A stretch of DNA of 20,088 nucleotides from an uncultured bacterium (GTDB taxonomy: Bacteria > Krumholzibacteriota > Krumholzibacteriia > Krumholzibacteriales > Krumholzibacteriaceae): NCBI GenBank assembly GCA_965371515.1, contig CBDUYR010000049.1:1-20088 (forward strand), written 5' to 3'. The position numbers and the translations under genes were made by a program. Positions 9,323 through 18,326 of this stretch are shown one piece after another; the first letter of the stretch is position 1; the number at the start of each line of letters is the position of its first letter. The notes below the pieces were generated by a model. It had not been told where the DNA came from, ran no database searches, and saw nothing but the letters and a program-made list of their open reading frames with translations.

Positions 9323-9369
9323 TTGAAAATCCGGGTTCTATCGGATAGATTCCCAAACAATGGTATAAA
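9323..9369 (+). promoter_or_regulatory. Putative promoter(s) of ppdK and downstream genes
   Basis: AT-rich intergenic region. TTGAAA (9323-9328), 17 nt, TAGATT (9346-9351). An alternative extended -10 TGGTATAAA lies at 9361-9369. Confidence 0.4.
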
Positions 9370-9445
9370 ATGATTGTTGAATCGTAATAGATTGATAATG
9401 CTATAGATATGAATGTTCTGAAATATGAGTGACGGGAGGTTTCTC

Positions 9446-12199
9446 TTGACCGACAAATACGTATATTTCTTCGGTGGCGAGAAAGCCGAAGGCAATGCCG
9501 GGATGCGCAATCTGCTCGGTGGAAAGGGCGCGAACCTGGCGGAGATGGCCAGCTCGGGCATCCCCGTGCCGGCCGGTTTCACGATCTCTACAGATGTCTG
9601 TACGCATTTCTATGAAAATAATGGAAGATATCCGGACGGTCTCGAGGCCGATGCGGCGTCGGCGATTAAAAGGGTCGAAAAGGTGATGGGCTCGAAATTC
9701 GGCGATCCAGCCGATCCGCTTCTTCTCTCGGTACGTTCAGGCGCGCGGGTGAGCATGCCCGGTATGATGGATACGGTGCTTAACCTCGGACTCAACCTCG
9801 ATACGGTCGAAGGGCTGGCGAGGAAGAGCGGCGACGAGCGATTCGCGTGGGACAGCTTCAGGCGCTTCGTGCAGATGTACGGCGATGTTGTCCTCGATAT
9901 GAAGCCGGCCGACAAGGACGCGAGGAATCCCTTCGAGGAGATACTGCACGCGAAGAAGGAGGAGGTCGGGGCCGAACAGGACATGGATCTGGGTGTGGAC
10001 GACCTGAAGGACCTCGTCGAGAGGTACAGGGCTATGATCGTAGAGAAATCCGGTGTCGAGTTTCCCGAGGATCCTTTCGAACAGCTGTGGAACTCGATCG
10101 GGGCGGTCTTCAACTCCTGGAACAACGATCGTGCGAATATCTACCGGCGGTTGAACGGTATTCCGCACGACTGGGGGACGGCCGTCAACGTCCAGTCTAT
10201 GGTATACGGGAACCTCGGAGACGATTCGGGAACGGGTGTTGCCTTTACGAGGAATCCCTCTACGGGCGAGAACTATTTCTACGGCGAATATCTCATGAAG
10301 GCCCAGGGGGAGGACGTCGTCGCGGGGATCAGGACCCCGAGGCCGATAAACAGGCTTCAGAAGGGGGACGCTGACATCCAGAGCCTCGAAGAAGAGATGC
10401 CGGAGATCTACGGCGAGCTCGATGCGATCCGTCTCAGGCTCGAAGAGCATTATCGGGACATGCAGGACCTCGAGTTCACGATACAGAACAGAAGGCTCTG
10501 GATCCTTCAGACTAGGGCCGGCAAGAGGACTGGATTTGCCGCGATAAAGATAGCGATAGACATGGTTCGCGAGGGCCTCATCACGAAGGAAGATGCGATA
10601 CGCCGCATAGATCCCGAACAGCTCAACCAGTTCCTCAGGCCGGTATTCGATCCCGGACAGAAGACCAGGGCCATCGATGAGGGCAGGCTGATGGCGCGTG
10701 GAATCAACGCAGGGCCGGGCGCGGCCACGGGCAGGATCGTATTCAATGCCGAGGACGCTGAAAAGTGGGCCGCGGACGGGGAGGAAGTCATTCTCGTAAG
10801 GATCGAAACGAGTCCGGAGGACATCCGCGGCATGTTCGCCGCTTCCGGCATCCTCACATCAACGGGCGGAGCGACCTCTCACGCGGCGCTGGTGGGCAGG
10901 CAGATGGGTAAGGTCTGCGTTGTCGGGGCAAAGGGAATATCAATAGACTACAGGCAGAGAAAGATCGTATCGGGCGGCACTACCCTCACCGAGGGGGATT
11001 ACATCTCGCTCGACGGGACGACGGGAGAGGTGATCTCGGGGATGATCGAGACGAAGCCGTCCGAAGTGATCCAGGTCCTCATAGACGGGACGCTCGACGG
11101 GAAGGACTCGCTCATCTACCGTGACTACGAGGAACTGATAGGCTGGGCGAACGGTATCCGGACGATGAACGTTAGGGCGAACGCGGACCGGCCAGACCAG
11201 GCTTCCGCCGCCATCGCATTCGGAGCAGAGGGGATAGGCCTTTGCAGGACCGAGCACATGTTCTTCGAGGGCGAGAGGATCGACTGGGTGAGACGCATGA
11301 TTCTGGCGGAGGACGAAACGGGGAGAAAGGAGGCCCTTTCCAAGCTGCTCCCGATGCAGAGGGAGGACTTCCACGGCATCTTCGAGGCGATGGGAGATAG
11401 ACCGGTCACCGTCCGGACACTCGACCCGCCGCTGCACGAGTTTCTTCCTCACGAGGAGAAGGATATCGCCGAGCTCGCCGGCAAGATGGGAGTCGGCGCG
11501 GACGTGCTTGCCGACAAGGTCAGATCCCTCAAGGAGGCTAATCCCATGCTCGGCCACAGGGGATGCAGACTCGGGATAGTCTATCCGGAGATAACGGAGA
11601 TGCAGGCGAGGGCGATATTCGAGGCGGCCTGCGATCTCGTCGCCGAAGGAAAGAAGGTGCGGCCTGAGATAATGATCCCGCTGGTGGGCAGCGCAAAGGA
11701 GTATCAGCTGCAGGAGGAGGTCGTCAGGCGTGTGGGATCGGAAGTCATAGAGGACCGGGGTGTTGAGATCGAATATCTCGTCGGTACGATGATCGAGATC
11801 CCGAGAGCCGCGCTGACGGCCGATGCGATCGCAGAGCGGGCCGAGTTCTTCTCGTTCGGAACGAACGACCTGACGCAGATGACCCTGGGCGTCAGCAGGG
11901 ATGACGCCGGCATGTTCATGGGCGAATATATCGAAAAGGGAGTATGGCCTGCCGATCCGTTTCAGAAGCTCGACCAGGAGGGAGTGGGAACCCTCGTGAA
12001 GATCGGGGTGGAATTGGGGAGGGGAGCGCGGGAAGGCCTCAAAGTGGGGATCTGCGGGGAGCATGGAGGAGAACCGTCCTCGATCGGGTTCTGCCAGAGG
12101 ACGGGGTTCGATTACGTGAGCTGCTCTCCTTTCAGGATCCCCGTAGCAATACTGGCCGCCGCGCAGGCGGCCCTCGAGAGTGCCGACGAAGGGAGCTGA
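9446..12199 (+). CDS. ppdK: Pyruvate, phosphate dikinase
   Basis: [55 protein letters not shown], phospho-His motif [42 protein letters not shown] at 9435-9439 favours TTG 9446 over ATG 9425. Confidence 0.97.
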   Translation: MTDKYVYFFGGEKAEGNAGMRNLLGGKGANLAEMASSGIPVPAGFTISTDVCTHFYENNGRYPDGLEADAASAIKRVEKVMGSKFGDPADPLLLSVRSGARVSMPGMMDTVLNLGLNLDTVEGLARKSGDERFAWDSFRRFVQMYGDVVLDMKPADKDARNPFEEILHAKKEEVGAEQDMDLGVDDLKDLVERYRAMIVEKSGVEFPEDPFEQLWNSIGAVFNSWNNDRANIYRRLNGIPHDWGTAVNVQSMVYGNLGDDSGTGVAFTRNPSTGENYFYGEYLMKAQGEDVVAGIRTPRPINRLQKGDADIQSLEEEMPEIYGELDAIRLRLEEHYRDMQDLEFTIQNRRLWILQTRAGKRTGFAAIKIAIDMVREGLITKEDAIRRIDPEQLNQFLRPVFDPGQKTRAIDEGRLMARGINAGPGAATGRIVFNAEDAEKWAADGEEVILVRIETSPEDIRGMFAASGILTSTGGATSHAALVGRQMGKVCVVGAKGISIDYRQRKIVSGGTTLTEGDYISLDGTTGEVISGMIETKPSEVIQVLIDGTLDGKDSLIYRDYEELIGWANGIRTMNVRANADRPDQASAAIAFGAEGIGLCRTEHMFFEGERIDWVRRMILAEDETGRKEALSKLLPMQREDFHGIFEAMGDRPVTVRTLDPPLHEFLPHEEKDIAELAGKMGVGADVLADKVRSLKEANPMLGHRGCRLGIVYPEITEMQARAIFEAACDLVAEGKKVRPEIMIPLVGSAKEYQLQEEVVRRVGSEVIEDRGVEIEYLVGTMIEIPRAALTADAIAERAEFFSFGTNDLTQMTLGVSRDDAGMFMGEYIEKGVWPADPFQKLDQEGVGTLVKIGVELGRGAREGLKVGICGEHGGEPSSIGFCQRTGFDYVSCSPFRIPVAILAAAQAALESADEGS

Positions 12200-12250
12200 C
12201 CTATCGGGATCGGCGACAGGCAACAAGGACCACGTACATGCGTCATCCGC

Positions 12251-13000
12251 CTGAGGAGATCGATCCTCGTCTTCCTCGCGGTGAGCGCTGCCGTGCTGGC
12301 CGCATGTGCCGTAGCCCTGGCCGCGACTGGAAGGGGGAGCCTCGCCGTCGTCCTGATCCTGTGGACCGTTCCGGTAATCGGGGCGCTTACGATCTTTTCC
12401 CTGAGAAACACACACCTCTTCCGCAGACCGGACGGGAGCGAGGTCTGCCGGTTCGAGGCGGCCAACGTGCTGACAGCCGTGAGGATTATCCTCGTGCCGC
12501 CGGTCATAGTCCTCCTCAATCACGGATATGTGATGCACGGCGCGATCCTCTGGCTGACCGCCGAGCTGACGGACGTCGCCGATGGCTTCGTCGCGCGCAG
12601 GTTCAGGCAGGAGACCGATTTCGGCCTGATGATAGATCCTGTCGGTGATATCATGGCCACGATAGTCGTTTTTACCTGGCTTTTCCTTGGTGGAAGGGTT
12701 CCATCCTGGCTGTTTGCCCTTCTTGTCGCGAGGTACGTGCAGTTCTTCGCCGGGATCGCCATACTGTCCCTGACGGGCAGGCTGCCGAAACTTCATGCTA
12801 CGCTTGCTGGAAAGGCGGCTGGAGTGGTGCAGGGCGCGATAATAATGTTTCTGTTGCTGCGGGCCGCCCTCGGCGATCCCCCGCAGCTCGAGTCGTTCGA
12901 TAATATCCTTTTCCCGGTTCTGGGAGCGGCGTTCCTTTCCGTAATTGTTTCGCAGACGGCGATAGGCCTGAGGGCGGTAAGGAATCACGACGCTAACTGA
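12251..13000 (+). CDS. CDP-alcohol phosphatidyltransferase family membrane protein (PgsA/Cls-like); start uncertain
   Basis: ANVLTAVR and the signature DVADGFVARR...FGLMIDPVGD; several hydrophobic segments. The hydrophobic N-terminus LRRSILVFLAV extends upstream of GTG 12281 to CTG 12251 (see findings). Confidence 0.85.
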   Translation: MRRSILVFLAVSAAVLAACAVALAATGRGSLAVVLILWTVPVIGALTIFSLRNTHLFRRPDGSEVCRFEAANVLTAVRIILVPPVIVLLNHGYVMHGAILWLTAELTDVADGFVARRFRQETDFGLMIDPVGDIMATIVVFTWLFLGGRVPSWLFALLVARYVQFFAGIAILSLTGRLPKLHATLAGKAAGVVQGAIIMFLLLRAALGDPPQLESFDNILFPVLGAAFLSVIVSQTAIGLRAVRNHDAN

Positions 13001-13013
13001 CAGGAGGTAGAAG

Positions 13014-13505
13014 ATGGACCTGGGCGGGAACCTTGCAGTGATGGAACCATCGATGATATTCCAGGTAACGGGTCTCTGCGGCCTGACGGGGAAGATGAAG
13101 CTCATAACGATAGACAACGTGGCGAGCTTCTGGTTCAAGGAGGGCGGGCTCCTCTTTGCGACGATTGACACGGGAAAGAAGAAAATAGGCGAGTTCCTCA
13201 TCGAAAACGAAATGATATCGGAGGAACAACTCGACGAGGCACTCGATGAGATGCAGAGGGAGTACGGAAAGAGGAGGATAGGCAATATCCTCATAGACAG
13301 CGGATATCTCGACTACGAGACTCTCGAGAAGGCGATACAAGAACAGATAAAGGAAGTGGTCTACGAGGTGCTTCCGTGGAAGAAGGGACAGTTCGTATTC
13401 TTCTCGAGTGTGGAGCCCGAGCACGAAGACATACTACTCGATATCAGGATGGACCATCTCATACTGGAGGGGCTGAAACGTATCGACGAGGCAGCCAGGG
13501 ATTGA
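13014..13505 (+). CDS. DUF4388 (PatA-N-like) domain protein with tandem MshEN-like motifs
   Basis: AGGAGG RBS. DUF4388 pattern L.GNL.....IFQ......TG.......FKEG...A...W..GQFVF...LILEGLKRIDE, with internal KIGEFLI... and RIGNILIDSG... repeats. Confidence 0.8.
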   Translation: MDLGGNLAVMEPSMIFQVTGLCGLTGKMKLITIDNVASFWFKEGGLLFATIDTGKKKIGEFLIENEMISEEQLDEALDEMQREYGKRRIGNILIDSGYLDYETLEKAIQEQIKEVVYEVLPWKKGQFVFFSSVEPEHEDILLDIRMDHLILEGLKRIDEAARD

Positions 13506-14440
13506 AAGTGTCCCGAAACATCCGGCAGAAACCGAAGATCTTGCTGCGGCTGGCAATCGCGGCCGCTGCGCTTACTATTCTTTCCGGCGCCGCTTCCGGC
13601 GAAAAGCCGGAACGGTTCGACGGAACAATATCATCGACAAGATCGATGGCCCTGGGCGGGGCCTTCTCTCCCCTCGCGGACGATATTACGGCACTGTTCG
13701 TCAACCCTGCCGGTCTGCTCAACACGGGCGGTGTTGCCCTTTACGCCGATTATATGGAGACAGCCGGCGGATCGGGCCCGTGGGAAGGTAAGCTCGCCGG
13801 AGGCTTCGAGCGATGGGGTATCGTCTTCGCCGCCGCAGGATCTGGAAAGAGTTACGACGACGGTGTCGCAGAGGGCCAGTTGTCGGTGGGGTTCGCGCTG
13901 AATGTGCTGTCGGGCACGGCCGGATCGTTCATATCGCTCGGCGGCGCCCTGAGGGCGGGGCACGTTGCGTTCGACCTCGAGGACCCGTGTATTCCGTGCG
14001 GTGTTCCCGGCGGGAGATATTCGTACAATGCGCTGACCGCAGATCTGGGCGTAATGATAAGGCCGCTTCCATTTATATCACTCTCGGCATCAACTGAAAA
14101 CATATCGGAAACCGGATTCGGATCGGGGGATTATTATATCCCGTGGGACAGGACCGTGCGTTACGGGGCTGCCTGGCTGCACGAGGACAGGTTCACGATC
14201 TCCTGGGAGCGAAGGCAGACGGGGGACCGGGAGACCGATCATTTCGGTTTCGGTCTCAGGACGGCCCTTCCTCTCGAGCTAATGGCGGGAATTACCTCGA
14301 ATCGGGTTCACGGAGGCGCGAGATGGGACGGAGGAAGGTGGAGGGGGGCGATCGTCTTCGGGCAGGAGGCAGAGAACGTCATCACGACGGGCGCGTCGAT
14401 CGAGATCTTCTTCAACAGGCCGGCGAGGATCTATCAGTGA
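13502..14440 (+). CDS. PorV/PorQ/FadL-like outer-membrane beta-barrel protein
   Basis: TTG start overlaps the previous stop (TTGA); GTG 13508 is an alternative. Signal peptide, then the family N-terminal motif RSMALGGAFSPLADDITALFVNPAGL. Later ADLGVMIRP...S.S.ENI and amphipathic beta strands. Confidence 0.75.
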   Translation: MKVSRNIRQKPKILLRLAIAAAALTILSGAASGEKPERFDGTISSTRSMALGGAFSPLADDITALFVNPAGLLNTGGVALYADYMETAGGSGPWEGKLAGGFERWGIVFAAAGSGKSYDDGVAEGQLSVGFALNVLSGTAGSFISLGGALRAGHVAFDLEDPCIPCGVPGGRYSYNALTADLGVMIRPLPFISLSASTENISETGFGSGDYYIPWDRTVRYGAAWLHEDRFTISWERRQTGDRETDHFGFGLRTALPLELMAGITSNRVHGGARWDGGRWRGAIVFGQEAENVITTGASIEIFFNRPARIYQ

Positions 14441-15966
14441 ACCGGATGAATCGCATATTTATTTTTTCAGCACTGTCCCTGGCGCTGTTCGCCCGGCTGG
14501 GCGTGCCCGGACGTGCGATATGCGGTGAAAACGATGCTTCACCCGACTCCTCAGGGAGTTACCGGTGGGGTGGAGTATACACGAGTCTGATAAGGCTGGA
14601 GGAAAACGCCGGATATTTCCCGTGGAACGATCTTGCGAGGGCATCGTTTCTGACTGATCGCGTCTCCCTGATGTTCGACGCTCCATTCGCGAAACATTTC
14701 CATTTCTTTATTAAAGGGACCACGGGGCTCTGGAGCCGGGATGATGATATCTACTCGAGCCGGTTTTTCATCGACCAGGGTCATCTCTCCGCCACATGGC
14801 GCGACCGCGTTACGGGAAAGCTCTTCCTCAGGGAGCGGGTATTCCGCAACCGGAACAGGCTGATGTATCTCGTTTCGAACGACTCGCAGCTTATCCGGCG
14901 ACGCGGCGAGGGATTCGATGTCGCGGTCCTGACTGCGGGTCCGGTCCTGCTGACATATACCGGCGCTGTCTTCAGGGACCGCTGGGAACAGAAGCAGAAT
15001 GGCGGACTGCCTCCTCTGCCGTTTCAAGGTGAATTTCTCAACCTCTTCGAAGGAGGGATCGACCGCAGTTCATGGCACGCCGGCCTGACGCTCGCGGACA
15101 TGAGATCGACATGGACAAGCTGGGGCTTCTCAGTGCTCTACGGACTGGACGGCGGATTCGGCCTGGCGGACGGCAGGATCAACATCGAGTTCGCGAGGTC
15201 TGCGCGCAGGTGGGACGACTTTGAAGGCGGACTGTTTGGCCTCGATTTCGATGCAATGAAATGGGGCAGCTTCAGCGCTGGTCTTCCCTCCGACGGCACA
15301 CTGGCCGCGGAGTGGACGGGATTCGCATGGAACGCAGGGGATAAGGGCAAGTTCGGCCTGACTCCAGGCTACCGTTACTCCGGAGATGCATTTATAGACG
15401 TAATCGGCGAAGTGTCTCACGGATATGTGGAGAGCTATGTCGAGATGTGGTGGAAGCACGCGAAGCTCGCCTCGCTCGTTTCGCTGAAGGCGGCGGACAG
15501 GTATGACTACGACACGGGGGAGGGCGGCGGTCTCCTCGAGACATCTCTCTGGACTAGATTTAGAGGGGGCCTCGAGACAACGGCCAGGGCCTTCTTCGCT
15601 GAGGGCAGCCGGCCTGTGCTGATTATCTCTACCGTCGATGACAACAGCCTCACGCGTCTGCTTACAACGGCGAGGATCGACGACACGGGAGGAAAGAGCG
15701 AGTTCTCGTTCCTCACAGAAGCCGGCATCAATCTGGGAAGGAGATGGACGCTCGGAGGCACCGTTTATCTCGAGCGTTCCATTGCAGGATTCTATTCCGC
15801 AGACATCGAGATGAGAGGCGGGAAGAGGTTCGTATTCAGGGCTTCAGCGGGCACTTACATCCCCGTTTCGACATATGCCGATCTCAACTATGACCCCGTT
15901 CCACCGGTGACCAGGAGAGACAGGGCCGTCTCGTTCTATACGAGGATCTGGCTCGGAGGGATATAG
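14437..15966 (+). CDS. Putative outer-membrane beta-barrel protein of unknown function
   Basis: GTG overlaps the upstream stop (GTGA); ATG 14446 is an alternative. Signal-peptide-like MNRIFIFSALSLALFA. Many Gly/aromatic-rich alternating strands; ends AVSFYTRIWLGGI. Confidence 0.65.
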   Translation: MNRMNRIFIFSALSLALFARLGVPGRAICGENDASPDSSGSYRWGGVYTSLIRLEENAGYFPWNDLARASFLTDRVSLMFDAPFAKHFHFFIKGTTGLWSRDDDIYSSRFFIDQGHLSATWRDRVTGKLFLRERVFRNRNRLMYLVSNDSQLIRRRGEGFDVAVLTAGPVLLTYTGAVFRDRWEQKQNGGLPPLPFQGEFLNLFEGGIDRSSWHAGLTLADMRSTWTSWGFSVLYGLDGGFGLADGRINIEFARSARRWDDFEGGLFGLDFDAMKWGSFSAGLPSDGTLAAEWTGFAWNAGDKGKFGLTPGYRYSGDAFIDVIGEVSHGYVESYVEMWWKHAKLASLVSLKAADRYDYDTGEGGGLLETSLWTRFRGGLETTARAFFAEGSRPVLIISTVDDNSLTRLLTTARIDDTGGKSEFSFLTEAGINLGRRWTLGGTVYLERSIAGFYSADIEMRGGKRFVFRASAGTYIPVSTYADLNYDPVPPVTRRDRAVSFYTRIWLGGI

Positions 15967-15969
15967 AAG

Positions 15970-17907
15970 GTGAGCCGTTTCGAATCTGCAATTCTGTTCC
16001 TTATCTGCGCGGTGGCGATATCGCAGGCCGTGCCGGTATCGGTATACGCCGCAATCGAGGTCGATGATGAGGAGGTCATCTTCCGCTTCGAGCATCCCGG
16101 TGCGGCGAAGGTATACCTTGCCGGCGATTTCAACAACTGGAACCCGACGATGGACGGCATGGTGAAGAGGGGTGGGGCCTGGGAGGTCAGGCTCTATCTC
16201 GTTCCCGGCAGATACAGGTACATGTTCGTCGTTGACGGGGAGAACTTCCCTGACCCGGACAATCTGAACAGGGACAAGGACGGCAACACCTTCTTCATAT
16301 TCGTCGAGGAGGATGGTGTCTACGATATCATCTATGAGGTCACCGATGCGGGTGAGCGGAAGATCGACGAGATATACACACCGTACGGAGCGCTGACCGC
16401 GGATGCCGTGGGAGATTATGGCCTCTTTACGGTTTCCGCGGGAGTGGACGGCGAGATCGACGGATCCCTGCGCGGCAACATCCTCATCGGAGCAGAGTAC
16501 GAGACGACGGCGGAAGACCCTGTAAAAGCATACCTTGTCAGGGCAAAGGGCGAGTGGGTAACGGATAAGTTCAGGCTCGGCGCCTTCCACAGGTCGGGCA
16601 GGATCGGTTTCGACGATCCGCTGTCTCTGTTCACCGATGTCGGCCCGTACGCCTACCCGCTCGACCTCTTCTGCAGGGGCGCCGAGGCGTCGGCGGGGTG
16701 GAAGAACTCGTTCGAGGGCCGCGTCTTCTTCGCGAACAGGATTGACGGGTACGAATCGGGGTTGGAGCGACACGCATACAATTCGTTGTTTGACGGGAAT
16801 CCGGAAGATAAAGATATGATAGGGACATCACTCAAGGGTTCATTCAAGTCGGTGATTCTGGAGTACATGTACAGGTACGATCGTGGGCCGGGAGAAAGGC
16901 TATGGCGGGACTATTCGGTGAATGGATACGAAACGAGATCATCGCACGGTCTCCTGTTCGAGTTCGGCAAGAAGGATGGTCCCAGGATTACTGCTGAATA
17001 TCTCACCGGCCTGACAAAGTTCAACGCTATTCATTTCACGTTTCCTCCCTTCCCGGATCCGATAGAACAGGTAACCGATTACGATACTGAATTTGAGAAA
17101 GGAAACAGAGCTCTTGTCGAGGTCTCCTGGTCGCGGGGACCGTTCATCGGGCTGCTGGGATGGCACCGGACGACCATTGAACGGAATGCTGAACTTCTGA
17201 GGCCTGATTACTGGGACGATGCGAAGATGGATCTATTCGATGCCGATGTGAAATATGAGACGGAGAGGATGAAGATCGGCCTGAAGGTCAACATGCTGGA
17301 TTTCGACGGTTCGGGGGGGATGGGAAGGACCTTCTGGCTGCAGGGCTCGAATTTCTGGCTCGACGGCGACATGCTGCGGACCGAGCTTCTCCAGTTCCTC
17401 GATTCGAAGAGGATGTGGAGAGCCTCCCTGAACATCGTAGAGGGCGGGGTAGAGGAGATACCCGGCCCATATCGCCTGGAGGGCTTTTTATCGGCGAAAG
17501 GTAACTGGGATAGCGACGCAGCGAGGAGCATGTTCGAGATATCGGGGGGGAAGGGCATCCGTGCGGGGTCGTTCCTCTCCCTCCACGCGGACCTGAGGTA
17601 TGTCTCTTACAGTGACGACCGCTGGGTCGGCGATGACAGTTTCTTCGACTTCTGGGCAGGGCTTCGCGGCACGCTCGGTGGATCGGGCTGGGCCGCGTTG
17701 GGAATAGGCGTCGCCCCGCACGGGTTCGACAGATGGCTTTTCGATTTCACTGACGACGGAAGGGAGGGCTACCTTCTCGATCAGGGAATTTTCATGGAGG
17801 TGGATCGCTTTGGAGGAGAAGACTCTCTCGTTGAATCACTCGGAGAGGCGGAGAAGAAGCTCTCCGAGGAGTGGAGATTGAGCTTTGAAGCGGGATTCAC
17901 CTTCTGA
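15970..17907 (+). CDS. Outer-membrane protein: N-terminal CBM48/AMPK-beta-type glycogen-binding domain fused to a putative beta-barrel
   Basis: Signal peptide ending VYA-A. CBM48 pattern VIFRF...AAKVYLAGDFNNWN...W...L.LVPGRYRYMFVVDG...DPDN. The rest is amphipathic strands ending in the canonical beta-signal WRLSFEAGFTF. Confidence 0.8.
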   Translation: MSRFESAILFLICAVAISQAVPVSVYAAIEVDDEEVIFRFEHPGAAKVYLAGDFNNWNPTMDGMVKRGGAWEVRLYLVPGRYRYMFVVDGENFPDPDNLNRDKDGNTFFIFVEEDGVYDIIYEVTDAGERKIDEIYTPYGALTADAVGDYGLFTVSAGVDGEIDGSLRGNILIGAEYETTAEDPVKAYLVRAKGEWVTDKFRLGAFHRSGRIGFDDPLSLFTDVGPYAYPLDLFCRGAEASAGWKNSFEGRVFFANRIDGYESGLERHAYNSLFDGNPEDKDMIGTSLKGSFKSVILEYMYRYDRGPGERLWRDYSVNGYETRSSHGLLFEFGKKDGPRITAEYLTGLTKFNAIHFTFPPFPDPIEQVTDYDTEFEKGNRALVEVSWSRGPFIGLLGWHRTTIERNAELLRPDYWDDAKMDLFDADVKYETERMKIGLKVNMLDFDGSGGMGRTFWLQGSNFWLDGDMLRTELLQFLDSKRMWRASLNIVEGGVEEIPGPYRLEGFLSAKGNWDSDAARSMFEISGGKGIRAGSFLSLHADLRYVSYSDDRWVGDDSFFDFWAGLRGTLGGSGWAALGIGVAPHGFDRWLFDFTDDGREGYLLDQGIFMEVDRFGGEDSLVESLGEAEKKLSEEWRLSFEAGFTF

Positions 17908-17937
17908 TAGAATCGGTTGCACGGAGGATCGACCGAA

Positions 17938-18324
17938 GTGATTGAGAAATATATAGCGTTCATTGCTGCTTCTGCGCTGCTCCTGGCGACCGGTTCCTGC
18001 AGCTATATAGATAAAGCGGTCGAATCTCCGGTGCTGAAGGAGGGAACGGTAGAATTCAGGTATCCGTCCCACTCGGCGAAGACGGTCCAGGTTGCCGGTG
18101 ACTGGAACAACTGGAGTGCGGGAGATGCCGAACAGGGCGAGGTGCTCGTCGGCTTGATGGAGAAGGACAAGAAGGGCGTCTGGAACCTGACGCAGGAACT
18201 GCCGCCGGGCAGGTACCGTTACTACTTTTTATTGAACGAGACTCAGAGGATCCTAGACCCCGCCAATCCCAGAGTCGCGGACGATCCATGGGGAGGGAAG
18301 GCAAATCTGCTGATAGTGCCGTAA
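17938..18324 (+). CDS. Small lipoprotein consisting of a CBM48/glycogen-binding domain
   Basis: GGAGG at 17923-17927 before GTG 17938. Signal ...LLLATGS-C. Domain VEFRY...AKTVQVAGDWNNW...GVWNLTQELPPGRYRYYF...DPANP...DDPWGG. Confidence 0.85.
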   Translation: MIEKYIAFIAASALLLATGSCSYIDKAVESPVLKEGTVEFRYPSHSAKTVQVAGDWNNWSAGDAEQGEVLVGLMEKDKKGVWNLTQELPPGRYRYYFLLNETQRILDPANPRVADDPWGGKANLLIVP

Positions 18325-18326
18325 TC

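Noticed and set aside
12197..12250. TGA readthrough or selenocysteine fusion of ppdK with the in-frame downstream transferase
   Set aside because: PPDK is complete at its normal C-terminus, no SECIS-like hairpin follows the TGA, and in-frame adjacency has a one-in-three chance.
10940..13294. 784-aa minus-strand ORF
   Set aside because: Antisense shadow of ppdK and the next genes, expected from codon bias in GC-rich DNA; no recognisable motifs.
14143..14436. ORF-track N-terminal extensions (also 13376-13501, 5989-6102 and 2230-2283)
   Set aside because: They overlap upstream genes or lack an RBS. Signal peptides or family N-termini begin at the downstream starts chosen.
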